Shown here piece after piece: positions 1 to 10,380 of a stretch of DNA of 46,375 bases (the first letter of the stretch is position 1; each line of letters begins with the position of its first letter). Under the pieces are notes generated by a model that saw nothing but the letters and a program-made list of their open reading frames with translations, did no database searches and had not been told where the DNA came from. Source of the stretch: Escherichia phage N15; the sequence record NC_001901.1; one strand, given 5' to 3'. The position numbers were made by a program, and so were the translations under genes.

Positions 1-12
1 GGGCGGCGTCCG
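1..12. repeat. cos: cos cohesive-end sequence GGGCGGCGTCCG, left terminal copy
   Basis: Same 12-mer forms the last 12 nt of the window. 10/12 identical to the lambda cohesive end GGGCGGCGACCT. The following cgcgcagattctcgctatatatgaaaaat parallels the lambda cosN flank. Confidence 0.85.
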
Positions 13-88
13 CGCAGATTCTCGCTATATATGAAAAATTTGGACATGAGGTTGTTGTTTAATCATTGCTGAAAACTGGTGAGGGAAT

Positions 89-595
89 ATGGCCGTGTTA
101 TTGAATAAATCTGATATGGCTTCCTCGCTGGGAATATCCGTCCAGGCCTTTGATAAATGGGGTGTCCAGCCTGTAGAGAAGAGGGGTCGTGAAGTCTTCT
201 TTGATGTTCGGTCAGTCGTAGATAACCGGCTCGAAAACCAGAGCAGAAAACTACAACCATCTCCGGGTGACGACGATGATGGTGTCAATATTGATTATGA
301 ACGTTGGCGTTTAACTCGTGCGAATGCTGATGCGGCTGAGCTGGCCAATGAGAAAAAGCGTCGCGAGGTCGTAGAGACTGCGTTTTGTACCTTCGTGTTA
401 TCCAGAATTGCCGCTGAAATATCCAGTATCCTGGATGGCATACCCCTTTCGATGCAGCGCCGGTTCCCTGAACTGGAAAATCGGCATATCGAGTTCCTGA
501 AAGGGGACGTAATAAAGGCGATGAATAAGGCTGCGGCGCTGGATGAACGGATTCCGGGGTTGTTGAATGATTATATCGACCAGTCAGGTAGCTAA
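89..595 (+). CDS. Terminase small subunit (lambda Nu1-like)
   Basis: First ORF after cos. N-terminal HTH-like NKSDMASSLGISVQAFDKWG. 3' end overlaps the large-subunit start as in lambda. Confidence 0.85.
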   Translation: MAVLLNKSDMASSLGISVQAFDKWGVQPVEKRGREVFFDVRSVVDNRLENQSRKLQPSPGDDDDGVNIDYERWRLTRANADAAELANEKKRREVVETAFCTFVLSRIAAEISSILDGIPLSMQRRFPELENRHIEFLKGDVIKAMNKAAALDERIPGLLNDYIDQSGS

Positions 596-2489
596 TCTGC
601 GAACAGCGGTAAAAGCTGGTCTGAAATCACTATACCGCCCGGAACCCATGACAGCTGTCGAATGGGCCGATGCGCATTATTACCTTCCGAAAGAATCCGC
701 TTATCAGGAGGGTCGCTGGGAAACACTGCCATTTCAGCGCGCGATCATGAATGCGATGGGCAGTGACTATATTCGCATTGTTAACGTCATTAAGTCGGCG
801 CGAGTAGGCTATTCGAAAATGCTCCTCGGCGTCATTGCTTATTTCATCGAGCACAAACAGCGTAATGAGTTGCTGTGGCTGCCGACCGACGGCGACGCAG
901 ATAATTTCATGAAGTCACACGTTGAACCGACGATTCGTGATGTCCCTTCTCTGTTATCACTTGCACCCTGGTACGGGAAAAAGCACAGGGACAATACCCT
1001 GTCGATGAAGCGTTTTACCAATGGCCGTGGATTTTGGTGCCTGGGCGGTAAGGCTGCAAAAAACTATCGTGAAAAATCAGTAGATGTAGTTGGTTACGAT
1101 GAACTGGCGGCGTTTGACGCAGACATTGAGAAAGAGGGTTCGCCGACCTTCCTGGGGGATAAGCGTATCGAGGGCTCTGTTTGGCCCAAATCCATACGCG
1201 GTTCGACACCGAAATTGCGTGGAACGTGTCAGATTGAGCGAGCAGCAAAAGAGTCCGGGCATTTTATGCGATTTCATGTCGCATGCCCGCATTGTGGTGA
1301 AGAGCAATATCTTAAATTTGGTGACCGGGATACGCCTTTTGGCTTCAAATGGGAGCCTGAGCAGGCCGAAACGGTCTACTACCTCTGCGAGCATAATGCT
1401 TGTGTCATTAAGCAACATGAACTGGACTTTTCCAACGCTCGTTATATTTGCGAATTGACCGGAATATGGACGCGAGACGGGCTTCGCTGGTTCTCATCGT
1501 CTAATGCTGAAATTGACCCGCCTGAAAGCGTAACTTTCCACATCTGGACTGCTTATAGCCCGTTTACCACCTGGGTACAGATTGTTAAAGACTGGTTCAA
1601 AACGAAAGGCGACACGGGTAAACGCAAAACATTCGTGAACACCACCTTGGGTGAGACGTGGGAAGCGAAAATCGGTGATCGGCCCGATGCGGACGTGTTA
1701 GCTGAGCGTAAAGAGCACTTTGATGCTGCAGTGCCTGAGCGAGTGGCGTATCTGACAGCTGGTATTGACTCCCAGCTCGACCGTTACGAAATGCGTGTAT
1801 GGGGATGGGGGCCGGGAGAGGAAAGCTGGCTTATCGACCGGCAAATCATCATGGGTCGTCATGATGATGAGTCTACGCTTGCTCGCGTGGATGAGGCGAT
1901 TAACAAGACATACACGCGCCGGAACGGTGTTGAAATGTCTATCTCCCGTATTTGCTGGGACATCGGTGGCATTGATCCCACTATCGTCTACAACCGCTCT
2001 AAAAAACACGGTCTGTTTCGTGTGATCCCGATTAAGGGTGCCTCGGTTTATGGAAAACCGGTAGCGAATATGCCCCGCAAGCGTAACAAAAACGGTGTTT
2101 ATCTGACTGAGGTGGGTACTGATACCGCTAAAGAGCAGATTTATAACCGCTTCACGCTGATTGTCGAGGGAGATGAACCTCTGGCCGGTGCCGTTCACTT
2201 CCCCAACAACCCCGATATTTACGATCTTTCTGAGGCGCAGCAGCTGACCGCCGAAGAGCTGGTAGAAAAGTGGGTTGATGGGAAGAGAAAAATCATATGG
2301 GACAGCAAAAAGAGGCGAAATGAGGCTCTCGACTGCTTTGTTTACGCACTGGCGGCGCTTCGTATCAGCATATCCCGCTGGCAGCTTAACCTTGATTCAC
2401 TTCTGGCCAGCCTGCTGGAGGAAGAGGGCACCCGTAACAATAACAAGACCCTGGCGGATTACGCGCGGGCATTATCTGGAGAGGAATAA
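567..2489 (+). CDS. Terminase large subunit (lambda gpA-like)
   Basis: Long colinear identity to lambda A, e.g. [41 protein letters not shown] and [18 protein letters not shown]. Confidence 0.97.
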   Translation: MIISTSQVANLRTAVKAGLKSLYRPEPMTAVEWADAHYYLPKESAYQEGRWETLPFQRAIMNAMGSDYIRIVNVIKSARVGYSKMLLGVIAYFIEHKQRNELLWLPTDGDADNFMKSHVEPTIRDVPSLLSLAPWYGKKHRDNTLSMKRFTNGRGFWCLGGKAAKNYREKSVDVVGYDELAAFDADIEKEGSPTFLGDKRIEGSVWPKSIRGSTPKLRGTCQIERAAKESGHFMRFHVACPHCGEEQYLKFGDRDTPFGFKWEPEQAETVYYLCEHNACVIKQHELDFSNARYICELTGIWTRDGLRWFSSSNAEIDPPESVTFHIWTAYSPFTTWVQIVKDWFKTKGDTGKRKTFVNTTLGETWEAKIGDRPDADVLAERKEHFDAAVPERVAYLTAGIDSQLDRYEMRVWGWGPGEESWLIDRQIIMGRHDDESTLARVDEAINKTYTRRNGVEMSISRICWDIGGIDPTIVYNRSKKHGLFRVIPIKGASVYGKPVANMPRKRNKNGVYLTEVGTDTAKEQIYNRFTLIVEGDEPLAGAVHFPNNPDIYDLSEAQQLTAEELVEKWVDGKRKIIWDSKKRRNEALDCFVYALAALRISISRWQLNLDSLLASLLEEEGTRNNNKTLADYARALSGEE

Positions 2490-2695
2490 TGGCAACACAG
2501 ACTGAACTGGATGCCGCGCGCGCTGCGTTACATGACCTGATGATGGGGAAACGTGTGGCGACAGTACAAAAAGACGGTCGAAGAGTGGAATTTACAGCTA
2601 CCTCAGTCAGCGATCTGAAAAAGTATATCGCCGACCTTGAATCACAGGTCGGAACCACATCACGACGCCGGGGGCCTGCTGGGTTTTACGTATGA
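2489..2695 (+). CDS. Head-tail joining protein (lambda gpW-like)
   Basis: [39 protein letters not shown]...[10 protein letters not shown] closely matches lambda W. Confidence 0.95.
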   Translation: MATQTELDAARAALHDLMMGKRVATVQKDGRRVEFTATSVSDLKKYIADLESQVGTTSRRRGPAGFYV

Positions 2696-4284
2696 AAATA
2701 CCATCTTTAGTGGGACCTGACGGGAAAACATCCCTTCGGGAATACGCGGGATATCATGGAGGTGGTGGCGGGTTTGGTGGTCAGCTGCGAGGCTGGAATC
2801 CGCCGAGCGAAAGTGCAGATGCAGCACTCCTTCCCAACTATTCTCGTGGAAATGCCCGCGCTGACGATCTGGTGCGAAATAATGGCTATGCGGCAAATGC
2901 CGTGCAGCTCCACCAGGACCACATCGTCGGGTCATTTTTCAGACTCAGTTATCGACCAAGCTGGCGTTATCTGGGTATTAATGAGGAAGATTCACGCGCA
3001 TTTTCGCGGGATGTGGAAGCTGCATGGAATGAGTATGCCGAGGATGACTTTTGCGGGATTGATGCCGAACGTAAGCGCACGTTTACGATGATGATCCGCG
3101 AAGGTGTGGCCATGCATGCGTTTAACGGTGAATTATGCGTGCAGGCGACCTGGGACAGCGATTCAACGCGTCTTTTCCGCACCCAGTTCAAAATGGTCAG
3201 TCCGAAGCGCGTCAGCAACCCGAACAATATCGGTGATACCCGGAACTGTCGTGCCGGTGTAAAAATCAATGATAGCGGTGCTGCGCTGGGATATTACGTC
3301 AGCGACGATGGCTATCCCGGCTGGATGGCGCAAAACTGGACCTACATCCCTCGCGAACTACCCGGCGGTCGACCTTCGTTTATCCATGTATTCGAACCGA
3401 TGGAGGATGGACAGACCCGTGGGGCCAATGCGTTTTACAGCGTGATGGAGCAGATGAAAATGCTCGACACCCTGCAAAATACCCAGCTCCAGAGCGCGAT
3501 AGTGAAGGCTATGTATGCGGCTACCATCGAGAGTGAGCTGGATACCCAATCGGCGATGGACTTTATTCTCGGTGCAGATAATAAAGAGCAGCAGAGCAAA
3601 CTGACGGGCTGGCTCGGCGAAATGGCAGCCTATTACTCTGCTGCGCCGGTTCGCCTTGGCGGGGCAAGGGTCCCACACCTGTTGCCAGGGGATTCTCTTA
3701 ACCTTCAGTCGGCGCAGGATACCGATAACGGCTATTCAACGTTCGAACAATCCCTGCTGCGTTATATTGCTGCAGGGCTGGGTGTGTCGTATGAGCAGCT
3801 TTCACGAAATTATTCGCAGATGAGCTACTCGACCGCACGCGCAAGTGCTAACGAGTCCTGGGCGTACTTTATGGGGCGTCGAAAGTTTGTGGCATCCCGA
3901 CAGGCCTGTCAGATGTTTCTTTGCTGGCTTGAAGAGGCGATTGTCCGCCGCGTGGTCACGCTTCCTTCGAAAGCCAGGTTCAGTTTCCAGGAGGCGAGAA
4001 CAGCCTGGGGGAATGCCAACTGGATTGGTTCTGGTCGAATGGCAATTGACGGTCTGAAAGAGGTGCAGGAAGCCGTCATGCTAATCGAAGCAGGTCTCAG
4101 TACGTATGAGAAAGAGTGCGCCAAACGCGGTGATGATTATCAGGAGATTTTTGCCCAGCAGGTCCGGGAATCAATGGAGCGTCGTGCTGCGGGTCTGAAC
4201 CCACCGGCATGGGCCGCTGCCGCTTTTGAGGCTGGAGTGAAAAAATCAAACGAGGAGGAGCAAGATGGCGCACGAGCTGCGTAA
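2692..4284 (+). CDS. Portal protein (lambda gpB-like)
   Basis: 530 aa in the lambda B position, overlapping its neighbours. Lambda-B-like blocks such as [14 protein letters not shown]. Confidence 0.95.
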   Translation: MKIPSLVGPDGKTSLREYAGYHGGGGGFGGQLRGWNPPSESADAALLPNYSRGNARADDLVRNNGYAANAVQLHQDHIVGSFFRLSYRPSWRYLGINEEDSRAFSRDVEAAWNEYAEDDFCGIDAERKRTFTMMIREGVAMHAFNGELCVQATWDSDSTRLFRTQFKMVSPKRVSNPNNIGDTRNCRAGVKINDSGAALGYYVSDDGYPGWMAQNWTYIPRELPGGRPSFIHVFEPMEDGQTRGANAFYSVMEQMKMLDTLQNTQLQSAIVKAMYAATIESELDTQSAMDFILGADNKEQQSKLTGWLGEMAAYYSAAPVRLGGARVPHLLPGDSLNLQSAQDTDNGYSTFEQSLLRYIAAGLGVSYEQLSRNYSQMSYSTARASANESWAYFMGRRKFVASRQACQMFLCWLEEAIVRRVVTLPSKARFSFQEARTAWGNANWIGSGRMAIDGLKEVQEAVMLIEAGLSTYEKECAKRGDDYQEIFAQQVRESMERRAAGLNPPAWAAAAFEAGVKKSNEEEQDGARAA

Positions 4285-5608
4285 TCTTCCGCATATTGCC
4301 AGTATGGCCTTTAATGAGCCACTGATGCTTGAACCCGCCTACGCGCGGGTTTTCTTTTGCGCGCTGGCTGGCCAGCTGGGTATCACCCGGCTGACAGATA
4401 CTGTCGCTGGCATCACGCTTGATGCAGGACAAATTGCCGAACCGCTGGCGTTATTTGGTGATGATGATGACATGGAACCCCGTCCATCACGCAGTTATCA
4501 AGTGGCAAATGGTGTCGCAGTTTTACCCGTTTCCGGCACGCTGGTCAGTAAAACCCGCTCGCTGCAGCCTTATTCCGGCATGACGGGTTACAACGGGATC
4601 ATCGCTCGCCTGCAGCAGGCAATCAGTGACCCCGGCGTAGATGGCATCCTGCTGGATATGGATACGCCAGGCGGAATGGTGTCCGGGGCATTTGACTGCG
4701 CCGACATTATTGCCCGTATGCGCGATATCAAACCCATCTGGGCGCTGGCCAATGACATGAACTGCAGCGCAGGGCAGCTTATTGCCAGTTCAGCATCGCG
4801 GCGGCTGGTCACACAAACGGCCAGAACCGGATCCATCGGGGTCATGATGGCGCACAGCAACTATGGTGCTGCGCTCAAAACTAACGGCGTTGAGGTCTCG
4901 CTGATTTACAGCGGCGATCACAAGGTCGACGGCAACCCTTACGAAAAACTACCAGAAGATGTGCGTGCTGATTTCCAGACGCGTATCGATGCCACTCGTC
5001 AGATGTTCGCCGAAAAGGTTTCCGCTTATACCGGTATGTCCGTTCAGGACGTACTGGACACCGAAGCGGCAGTATTCTCCGGCCAGGAGTCAGTGGACAA
5101 CGGTTTGGCGGATGAACTTGTTAACAATACCGATGCGCTCGGCGTGATGCGCGAAGCACTCGACAGACGCAAAAAAATAACCATTGGAGGAACTATGCCA
5201 TCACCTTCTGCATCAGCTGTGGCCACTAAGCCAGCTGACCAGGCAGCAACTCAGACAACTGCCTCAGCTGAACAGGTCACTACCGTTGACACGACCATTG
5301 CTTCCGTAGAGGCCCCTGTAGATGTCAGTGCGCAGGTCACTGCAGCAGTAGCTGCAGAGAATAGCCGCATCATGGGCATCCTGAACTGTGAAGAGGCGAA
5401 AGGGCGTGAGTCACAGGCGCGTGCACTGGCCGAAACGCCGGGTATGACGGTAGAGAGTGCACAGCGCATTCTGGCGGCTGCACCGCAAAGTGCCCAAGCG
5501 CGTACCGACACGGCGCTGGATCGTCTGATGGAAACAGCACCAGGCGCACTTTCAGCAGGCAGCGCATCTTCTGATGCCGCTGACGATTTGTTAAACACCC
5601 CAGTTTAA
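4265..5608 (+). CDS. Prohead protease / scaffold (lambda gpC-like, S49 ClpP-type)
   Basis: Position after portal. S49-type block GILLDMDTPGGMVSGAFD...NCSAGQLIASSAS. Ala/Gln-rich C-terminal scaffold part. Confidence 0.9.
   Translation: MAHELRNLPHIASMAFNEPLMLEPAYARVFFCALAGQLGITRLTDTVAGITLDAGQIAEPLALFGDDDDMEPRPSRSYQVANGVAVLPVSGTLVSKTRSLQPYSGMTGYNGIIARLQQAISDPGVDGILLDMDTPGGMVSGAFDCADIIARMRDIKPIWALANDMNCSAGQLIASSASRRLVTQTARTGSIGVMMAHSNYGAALKTNGVEVSLIYSGDHKVDGNPYEKLPEDVRADFQTRIDATRQMFAEKVSAYTGMSVQDVLDTEAAVFSGQESVDNGLADELVNNTDALGVMREALDRRKKITIGGTMPSPSASAVATKPADQAATQTTASAEQVTTVDTTIASVEAPVDVSAQVTAAVAAENSRIMGILNCEEAKGRESQARALAETPGMTVESAQRILAAAPQSAQARTDTALDRLMETAPGALSAGSASSDAADDLLNTPV
5195..5608 (+). 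CDS. Nested in-frame scaffolding protein (lambda Nu3-like)
   Basis: In-frame ATG at 5195 preceded by GGAGG (5187..5191). Same arrangement as lambda C/Nu3. Confidence 0.6.
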   Translation: MPSPSASAVATKPADQAATQTTASAEQVTTVDTTIASVEAPVDVSAQVTAAVAAENSRIMGILNCEEAKGRESQARALAETPGMTVESAQRILAAAPQSAQARTDTALDRLMETAPGALSAGSASSDAADDLLNTPV

Positions 5609-5617
5609 GAGGCTATC

Positions 5618-5950
5618 ATGGCAATTACTGAAGTTTTCACACATAAGCAGCCGCTCGGTAACAGCGACCCGGCACACACCGCGTATGGTCCTGGCGAACT
5701 GACGGCTTCCACTCCAGCCATGACACCGCTCATGCTGGATGCCACTTCTGGCAAGCTGACCGTCTGGGATGGTGCTCATGCTGGCGCGGCAACAGGCATC
5801 CTCGCTGTAACCGCAGACCAGAACAGCGCAGAACTGGCTTTTTATAAATCTGGCTCTTTCCGTATTGAAGATGTCCTCTGGCCATCTGCCGTCACCGACG
5901 AAAACATTAAACGTAACGCGTTCGCCGGTACTGCAATCAGCATCGTTTAA
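5618..5950 (+). CDS. Head decoration protein (lambda gpD-like)
   Basis: GNSDPAHTA...PAMTPLMLD...FAGTAISIV matches lambda D almost block for block. Confidence 0.95.
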   Translation: MAITEVFTHKQPLGNSDPAHTAYGPGELTASTPAMTPLMLDATSGKLTVWDGAHAGAATGILAVTADQNSAELAFYKSGSFRIEDVLWPSAVTDENIKRNAFAGTAISIV

Positions 5951-5982
5951 TCCGCGTTTTTACAACCACCATCATTCATAAA

Positions 5983-6004
5983 AGCCGCCTGCGCGGCTTT
6001 TTTT
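5983..6004 (+). terminator. Intrinsic-terminator-like hairpin between the D-like and E-like genes
   Basis: AGCCGC-ctgc-GCGGCT followed by T7. Confidence 0.6.
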
Positions 6005-6017
6005 ATGGGAAAAATCT

Positions 6018-7043
6018 ATGTCCGTTTACACCACTGCCCAGCTGCTGGCGGTCAATGAGAAGAAATTCAAATTCGATCCGCTCTTCCTGCGCATCTTTTT
6101 CCGCGAAACTTATCCCTTCAGTACAGAGAAGGTTTACCTGTCGCAAATTCCTGGCCTGGTCAACATGGCGCTGTACGTCTCGCCGATTGTCTCCGGCAAA
6201 GTGATCCGCTCCCGTGGCGGCAGCACGTCTGAATTCACGCCAGGTTATGTGAAGCCGAAACACGAAGTTAACCCACTGATGACTCTTCGCCGCCTGCCGG
6301 ATGAGGATCCACAGAACCTCGCTGACCCGGTCTACCGCCGTCGCCGCATTATCCTCCAGAACATGAAGGATGAAGAGCTGGCGATTGCGCAGGTCGAAGA
6401 GAAGCAGGCTGTTGCGGCGGTACTCAGTGGGAAATACACCATGACCGGGGAAGCGTTCGAGCCTGTTGAAGTTGATATGGGGCGCAGCGCTGGTAACAAC
6501 ATTGTCCAGGCCGGTGCGGCTGCGTGGTCCTCCCGCGACAAAGAAACGTATGACCCGACCGATGACATTGAAGCCTACGCGCTCAACGCCAGCGGTGTGG
6601 TCAACATCATTGTGTTCGATCCGAAGGGCTGGGCGCTGTTCCGTTCCTTCAAGGCAGTGAAGGAGAAACTGGATACGCGTCGAGGCTCTAACTCTGAGCT
6701 GGAAACCGCCCTGAAAGACCTGGGCAAGGCAGTTTCCTACAAGGGGATGTATGGCGATGTGGCCATCGTGGTCTACTCCGGCCAGTACATCGAAAACGAC
6801 GTCAAAAAGAACTATCTGCCAGACCTGACGATGGTCCTGGGTAACACTCAGGCGCGCGGCCTGCGTACCTATGGTTGCATTCTTGATGCCGATGCCCAGC
6901 GAGAAGGTATCAACGCTTCGACGCGTTACCCGAAAAACTGGGTGCAAACGGGCGATCCGGCGCGTGAATTCACCATGATTCAGTCAGCCCCGCTGATGCT
7001 GCTGGCAGACCCGGACGAGTTCGTGTCCGTCAAGCTGGCATAA
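6018..7043 (+). CDS. Major capsid protein (lambda gpE-like)
   Basis: 341 aa, same size and position as lambda E. MSVYTTAQLLAVNEKKFKFDPLFLRIFFRETYPF is E-like. Confidence 0.95.
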   Translation: MSVYTTAQLLAVNEKKFKFDPLFLRIFFRETYPFSTEKVYLSQIPGLVNMALYVSPIVSGKVIRSRGGSTSEFTPGYVKPKHEVNPLMTLRRLPDEDPQNLADPVYRRRRIILQNMKDEELAIAQVEEKQAVAAVLSGKYTMTGEAFEPVEVDMGRSAGNNIVQAGAAAWSSRDKETYDPTDDIEAYALNASGVVNIIVFDPKGWALFRSFKAVKEKLDTRRGSNSELETALKDLGKAVSYKGMYGDVAIVVYSGQYIENDVKKNYLPDLTMVLGNTQARGLRTYGCILDADAQREGINASTRYPKNWVQTGDPAREFTMIQSAPLMLLADPDEFVSVKLA

Positions 7044-7088
7044 CTTCCACCTGTGGCCCATTCGGGCCACCTTTCTGGAGTATTACCC

Positions 7089-7523
7089 ATGACAGAGAAA
7101 GAAAAGCTGATTGCTCGGCTGAATGAACTTGGTACCCAGCTTAACCGCGAAGTCAGCACCAGCGGCACCATTCAGGAACTCACTATGCGTATTGCTGAGC
7201 TTGAAGAGGAGCTGGATGGAGACGCCACCTCGGTTGACGGCGAAAGCGGCGGGCAGAATGCTGCCGACAGCACCGACAGCACCGACAGCACCGACAGCAC
7301 CGACAGCACCGACAGCGATGTTGCTGATGTGGAAAAAGTAAAATCGGAAGCGGGTACAAATGGTGACCAGGTATCAGTAGAAACGCTGGCTACCCTGCAT
7401 GTTGAGGCACTACATGCCACGCGTAACGAACCGGTATCCATCGTTGAGCCCGGTGTGATTATCCGCGTATCCGAACAGGATGCAGACGAGCTGATCTCAA
7501 AGGGGCTGGCTCGCGAAGTCTGA
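7089..7523 (+). CDS. DNA-packaging accessory protein (lambda gpFI-like)
   Basis: MTEKEKLIARLNELGTQLNREVS...LHVEALHATRNEPV...GLAREV parallels lambda FI. ATG at 7089 with GGAG at 7076. Confidence 0.85.
   Translation: MTEKEKLIARLNELGTQLNREVSTSGTIQELTMRIAELEEELDGDATSVDGESGGQNAADSTDSTDSTDSTDSTDSDVADVEKVKSEAGTNGDQVSVETLATLHVEALHATRNEPVSIVEPGVIIRVSEQDADELISKGLAREV
7264..7316 (+). repeat. 9-bp tandem repeat (CCGACAGCA x ~5.9) inside the FI-like gene
   Basis: Direct reading of 7264..7316; encodes DSTDSTDSTDSTDSTDSD. Confidence 0.95.
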
Positions 7524-7533
7524 AGGGGGCCGC

Positions 7534-7887
7534 ATGGCTGATTTCGATAATCTCTTTGACGAGGCCATGTCGCGAGCAGATGGTGCTATCCGTGGTGTGA
7601 TGGGTACAGAGGCAAAGGTGATGTCAGGCACTTTGTCAGGTGCAACCCTGGTCGGTGTATTTGATGATCCAGAAAACATCGGTTATGCCGGCGCCGGGAT
7701 TCGCGTTGAAGGTACCAGCCCGACGCTGTTTGTTAAAACCTCCACAGTCAGCCAGCTGCAGCGTATGGACACACTGACGATTAACGGGCGGCAATTCTGG
7801 GTTGATCGTGTTGGTCCTGATGATTGTGGATCATGTCACATCTGGCTGGGTAACGGCACTCCGCCAGCTTCTTCGCGCCGCCGTTAA
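7534..7887 (+). CDS. Head-tail connector (lambda gpFII-like)
   Basis: MADFDNLFD...GVFDDPENIGYAG...WVDRVGPDDCGSCHIWLG matches lambda FII. Confidence 0.93.
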   Translation: MADFDNLFDEAMSRADGAIRGVMGTEAKVMSGTLSGATLVGVFDDPENIGYAGAGIRVEGTSPTLFVKTSTVSQLQRMDTLTINGRQFWVDRVGPDDCGSCHIWLGNGTPPASSRRR

Positions 7888-7896
7888 GGAGCGCCC

Positions 7897-8451
7897 ATGT
7901 CATTAAAAGGCCTTGAACAGGCGATAGAAAACCTTAACAGCATCAGCAAAACGGCTGTCCCGCGTGCGTCGGCGCAGGCTGTTAACCGCGTGGCAAACCG
8001 GGCCGTCAGCCGCAGCGTGGCGGTCGTATCAAAAGATACGCGCGTACCGCGAAAACTGGTAAAGCAACGCGCCAGGGTGAAGCGTGCGACGGTCAATAAA
8101 CCTCGCGCGCTTATCCGTGTAAACCGGGGCAATTTACCGGCCATTAAACTCGGAACCGCAAGCGTGCGACTTTCCCGCAGAAAACGGGATAAGAAAGGGG
8201 CCAACAGCGTTCTGCGTATAGGGCCGTTCCGTTTTCCGGGCGGTTTTATCCAGCAACTTAAAAATGGCCGCTGGCATGTCATGAGGCGTACGTCAAAACC
8301 TCGTTACCCCATTGAAGTGGTCAGCATCCCGCTGGCAGCTCCATTAACTACGGCGTTTAAAGAAGAACTGCCAAAGCTCATGGAGTCAGATATGCCCAAA
8401 GAACTCCGGGCATCCCTTACCAACCAACTCAGGTTAATTCTGACACGATGA
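7897..8451 (+). CDS. Tail completion protein (lambda gpZ-like)
   Basis: KGLEQAIENLNSISKTAVP...FIQQLKNGRWHVM matches lambda Z. Confidence 0.93.
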   Translation: MSLKGLEQAIENLNSISKTAVPRASAQAVNRVANRAVSRSVAVVSKDTRVPRKLVKQRARVKRATVNKPRALIRVNRGNLPAIKLGTASVRLSRRKRDKKGANSVLRIGPFRFPGGFIQQLKNGRWHVMRRTSKPRYPIEVVSIPLAAPLTTAFKEELPKLMESDMPKELRASLTNQLRLILTR

Positions 8452-8846
8452 AACACAGAGATATTCGCAAGGTGATTATTGACGCGCTGGAGAGCGCGAT
8501 TGGTACTGACGCCATTTATTTTGACGGCAGACCTGCAGTGCTCGAAGAGGGTGATTTTCCCGCTGTTGCCGTTTACCTGACCGATGCGGAATACACAGGG
8601 GAAGAACTGGACGCCGACACCTGGCAGGCCATTCTGCATATCGAAGTCTTTCTTGAGGCTCAGGTACCTGATTCTGAGCTGGATGACTGGATGGAGACGC
8701 GAGTGTATCCGGTTCTCGCAGAGGTTCCAGGGCTTGAATCCCTTATCACCACAATGGTTCAGCAGGGCTATGACTACCAGCGCGATGACGATATGGCGCT
8801 GTGGAGTTCTGCCGACCTGAAATATTCCATTACTTACGACATGTGA
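8448..8846 (+). CDS. Tail terminator (lambda gpU-like)
   Basis: [31 protein letters not shown]...LHIEVFL matches lambda U. Confidence 0.93.
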   Translation: MKHRDIRKVIIDALESAIGTDAIYFDGRPAVLEEGDFPAVAVYLTDAEYTGEELDADTWQAILHIEVFLEAQVPDSELDDWMETRVYPVLAEVPGLESLITTMVQQGYDYQRDDDMALWSSADLKYSITYDM

Positions 8847-8853
8847 GGACCCT

Positions 8854-9591
8854 ATGGCCACACCAAACCCGCTGGCACCAACAAAAGGTGCTGGTACCAC
8901 CCTCTGGGTTTACACCGGAACCGGTGATCCATACGCCAATCCGCTTTCAGACGTTGACTGGCTGCGTCTGGCAAAGATTAAAGACCTGCAGCCCGGTGAA
9001 CTGACCGCCGAATCTGAGGATGACACCTACATCGATGATGAGAATGCCGACTGGACATCAACGATGCAGGGGCAGAAATCAGCCGGTGAAACCAACCTCA
9101 CTCTCGCGTGGATGCCGGGAGATTCCGGTCAGCAGGACCTGGTGAACTGGTTCGATGAAGGCACCGTGAAGGGGTATAAAATCAAATATCCGAATGGTGT
9201 TGTCGACGTCTTTAAGGGCTGGGTGAGCAGTCTAGGCAAGACCATCTCGTCTAAAGAGGTCATGACCCGCACGGCAAAAATCACCAACAATGGCAAACCA
9301 TCGCTGGCCGAAGACAGTGGTACAGCGCCGATTGCTGTTACGGGGATCAGCCTGGATAAATCCACGGCGGCTGTGGCGGTTGCAGCCACGACGCAACTGG
9401 TGGTTTCTGTCCTGCCAGCAAGTGCTTCAGATAAGTCTTTCCGCGTAGCCAGCTCTGATCCATCAAAAGCAACGGTCACCGTCAGCGGTAATACCCTGAC
9501 TGTCACCGGCGTAGCGGCAGGCACCGTCGAAATCATCGTCATGAGCAATGATGGTAACTTTGTGGCGATCTGCAAAGTCACTGTTTCCTGA
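8854..9591 (+). CDS. Major tail tube protein (lambda gpV-like) with C-terminal Ig-like (Big_2) domain
   Basis: Position and size. C-terminal [41 protein letters not shown] is a typical Big_2 domain. Confidence 0.92.
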   Translation: MATPNPLAPTKGAGTTLWVYTGTGDPYANPLSDVDWLRLAKIKDLQPGELTAESEDDTYIDDENADWTSTMQGQKSAGETNLTLAWMPGDSGQQDLVNWFDEGTVKGYKIKYPNGVVDVFKGWVSSLGKTISSKEVMTRTAKITNNGKPSLAEDSGTAPIAVTGISLDKSTAAVAVAATTQLVVSVLPASASDKSFRVASSDPSKATVTVSGNTLTVTGVAAGTVEIIVMSNDGNFVAICKVTVS

Positions 9592-9628
9592 TAACCGGGG
9601 CGCGAGCCCCGTTCCCCCCGGAGTAATT

Positions 9629-10051
9629 ATGTTTCTAAAGAGCGAACTGCTTGAATGCAACGGCAGCAGCGTCACATTGTTCCAGCTGTCAGCGCTACAG
9701 CGTATTGAACACCTCGAATACCTGAAACAGCTGGAAGCGGTTGAGGTGGGCGATTTTCAGGCGGCCATTACCTTTACTGTGAAGAGTGGAGCGTATCTCG
9801 TCGCAATGTCGCTCTGGCACGGACACCCTTTGAAAGGCTCACAGGGAGAAAACGCGGCGGCGGAAGTGGCAAAGATTCAGGATGAGGTCATGCAGACATG
9901 GCCGACCGAACTGGTTGCCGAAGCGGAATATAAGGTGAAACTCCTGTCCGGAATGATTGCGCCTGTCATTGATGAACCGACTTCATCCGGTGAAGAACGT
10001 AATGAACCTGCTGAACCCGTTACTGCGGAAAAGCCCTCGCCAGTGAGCTGA
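9629..10051 (+). CDS. Tail assembly chaperone (lambda gpG-like)
   Basis: MFLKSE...LSALQRIEHL...LVAMSLWH matches lambda G. ATG at 9629 after GGAG. Confidence 0.9.
   Translation: MFLKSELLECNGSSVTLFQLSALQRIEHLEYLKQLEAVEVGDFQAAITFTVKSGAYLVAMSLWHGHPLKGSQGENAAAEVAKIQDEVMQTWPTELVAEAEYKVKLLSGMIAPVIDEPTSSGEERNEPAEPVTAEKPSPVS
10027..10033 (+). promoter_or_regulatory. Candidate -1 ribosomal frameshift site GGAAAAG for the G-T fusion
   Basis: Zero frame GCG GAA AAG; the -1 frame (GGA AAA GCC...) stays open into ORF 10060..10380. Lambda uses GGGAAAG at the equivalent spot. Confidence 0.6.
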
Positions 10052-10059
10052 AATTTGCC

Positions 10060-10380
10060 ATGAAACTGGCGCGTGAGTTCGGTCGCCCGGACTGGCGTGC
10101 CATGCTTGCTGGCATGTCCTCAACGGAGTACGGCGACTGGAAAATCTTCTACCAGGACAATTATTTTCATGATGCGCAGCTGGATGCTCATTTCTCCGGT
10201 TTGCTCTACACCATCTCAACCCTGTTTTTTGCCGATCCGGAGTTAACCCCGGACAGTTTCAGCATTCTTTCCCCTGCACCGGAAGCCATCGACATCGATG
10301 ATCCGGATGACGATACGCTGATGGCGAAGGCTGCAGGTATTTCAGGAGGCGTGCGCTATGGCCCAGACGGCAGTCGGTGA
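10060..10380 (+). CDS. T-like segment of tail assembly chaperone, expected to be made only as a G-T frameshift fusion
   Basis: ORF lies in the -1 frame relative to the G-like gene, has no good RBS of its own, and occupies the same position as lambda T. Confidence 0.8.
   Translation: MKLAREFGRPDWRAMLAGMSSTEYGDWKIFYQDNYFHDAQLDAHFSGLLYTISTLFFADPELTPDSFSILSPAPEAIDIDDPDDDTLMAKAAGISGGVRYGPDGSR

Noticed and set aside
6003-6947. 314-aa ORF on the minus strand
   Set aside because: It lies fully antisense to the major capsid gene, whose + strand product is unmistakably lambda E-like. It has shadow-ORF composition (Arg/Val/Gly rich), no RBS and no partner genes on that strand.
7123-7341. 72-aa alternative-frame ORF encoding PTAPTAPTAPTA
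   Set aside because: It is an artefact of the 9-bp tandem repeat read in another frame. The FI-like frame has lambda similarity on both sides of the repeat.
8304-8900. 198-aa ORF on the minus strand
   Set aside because: It is antisense to the Z-like and U-like genes, both confirmed by lambda similarity. There is no independent support.
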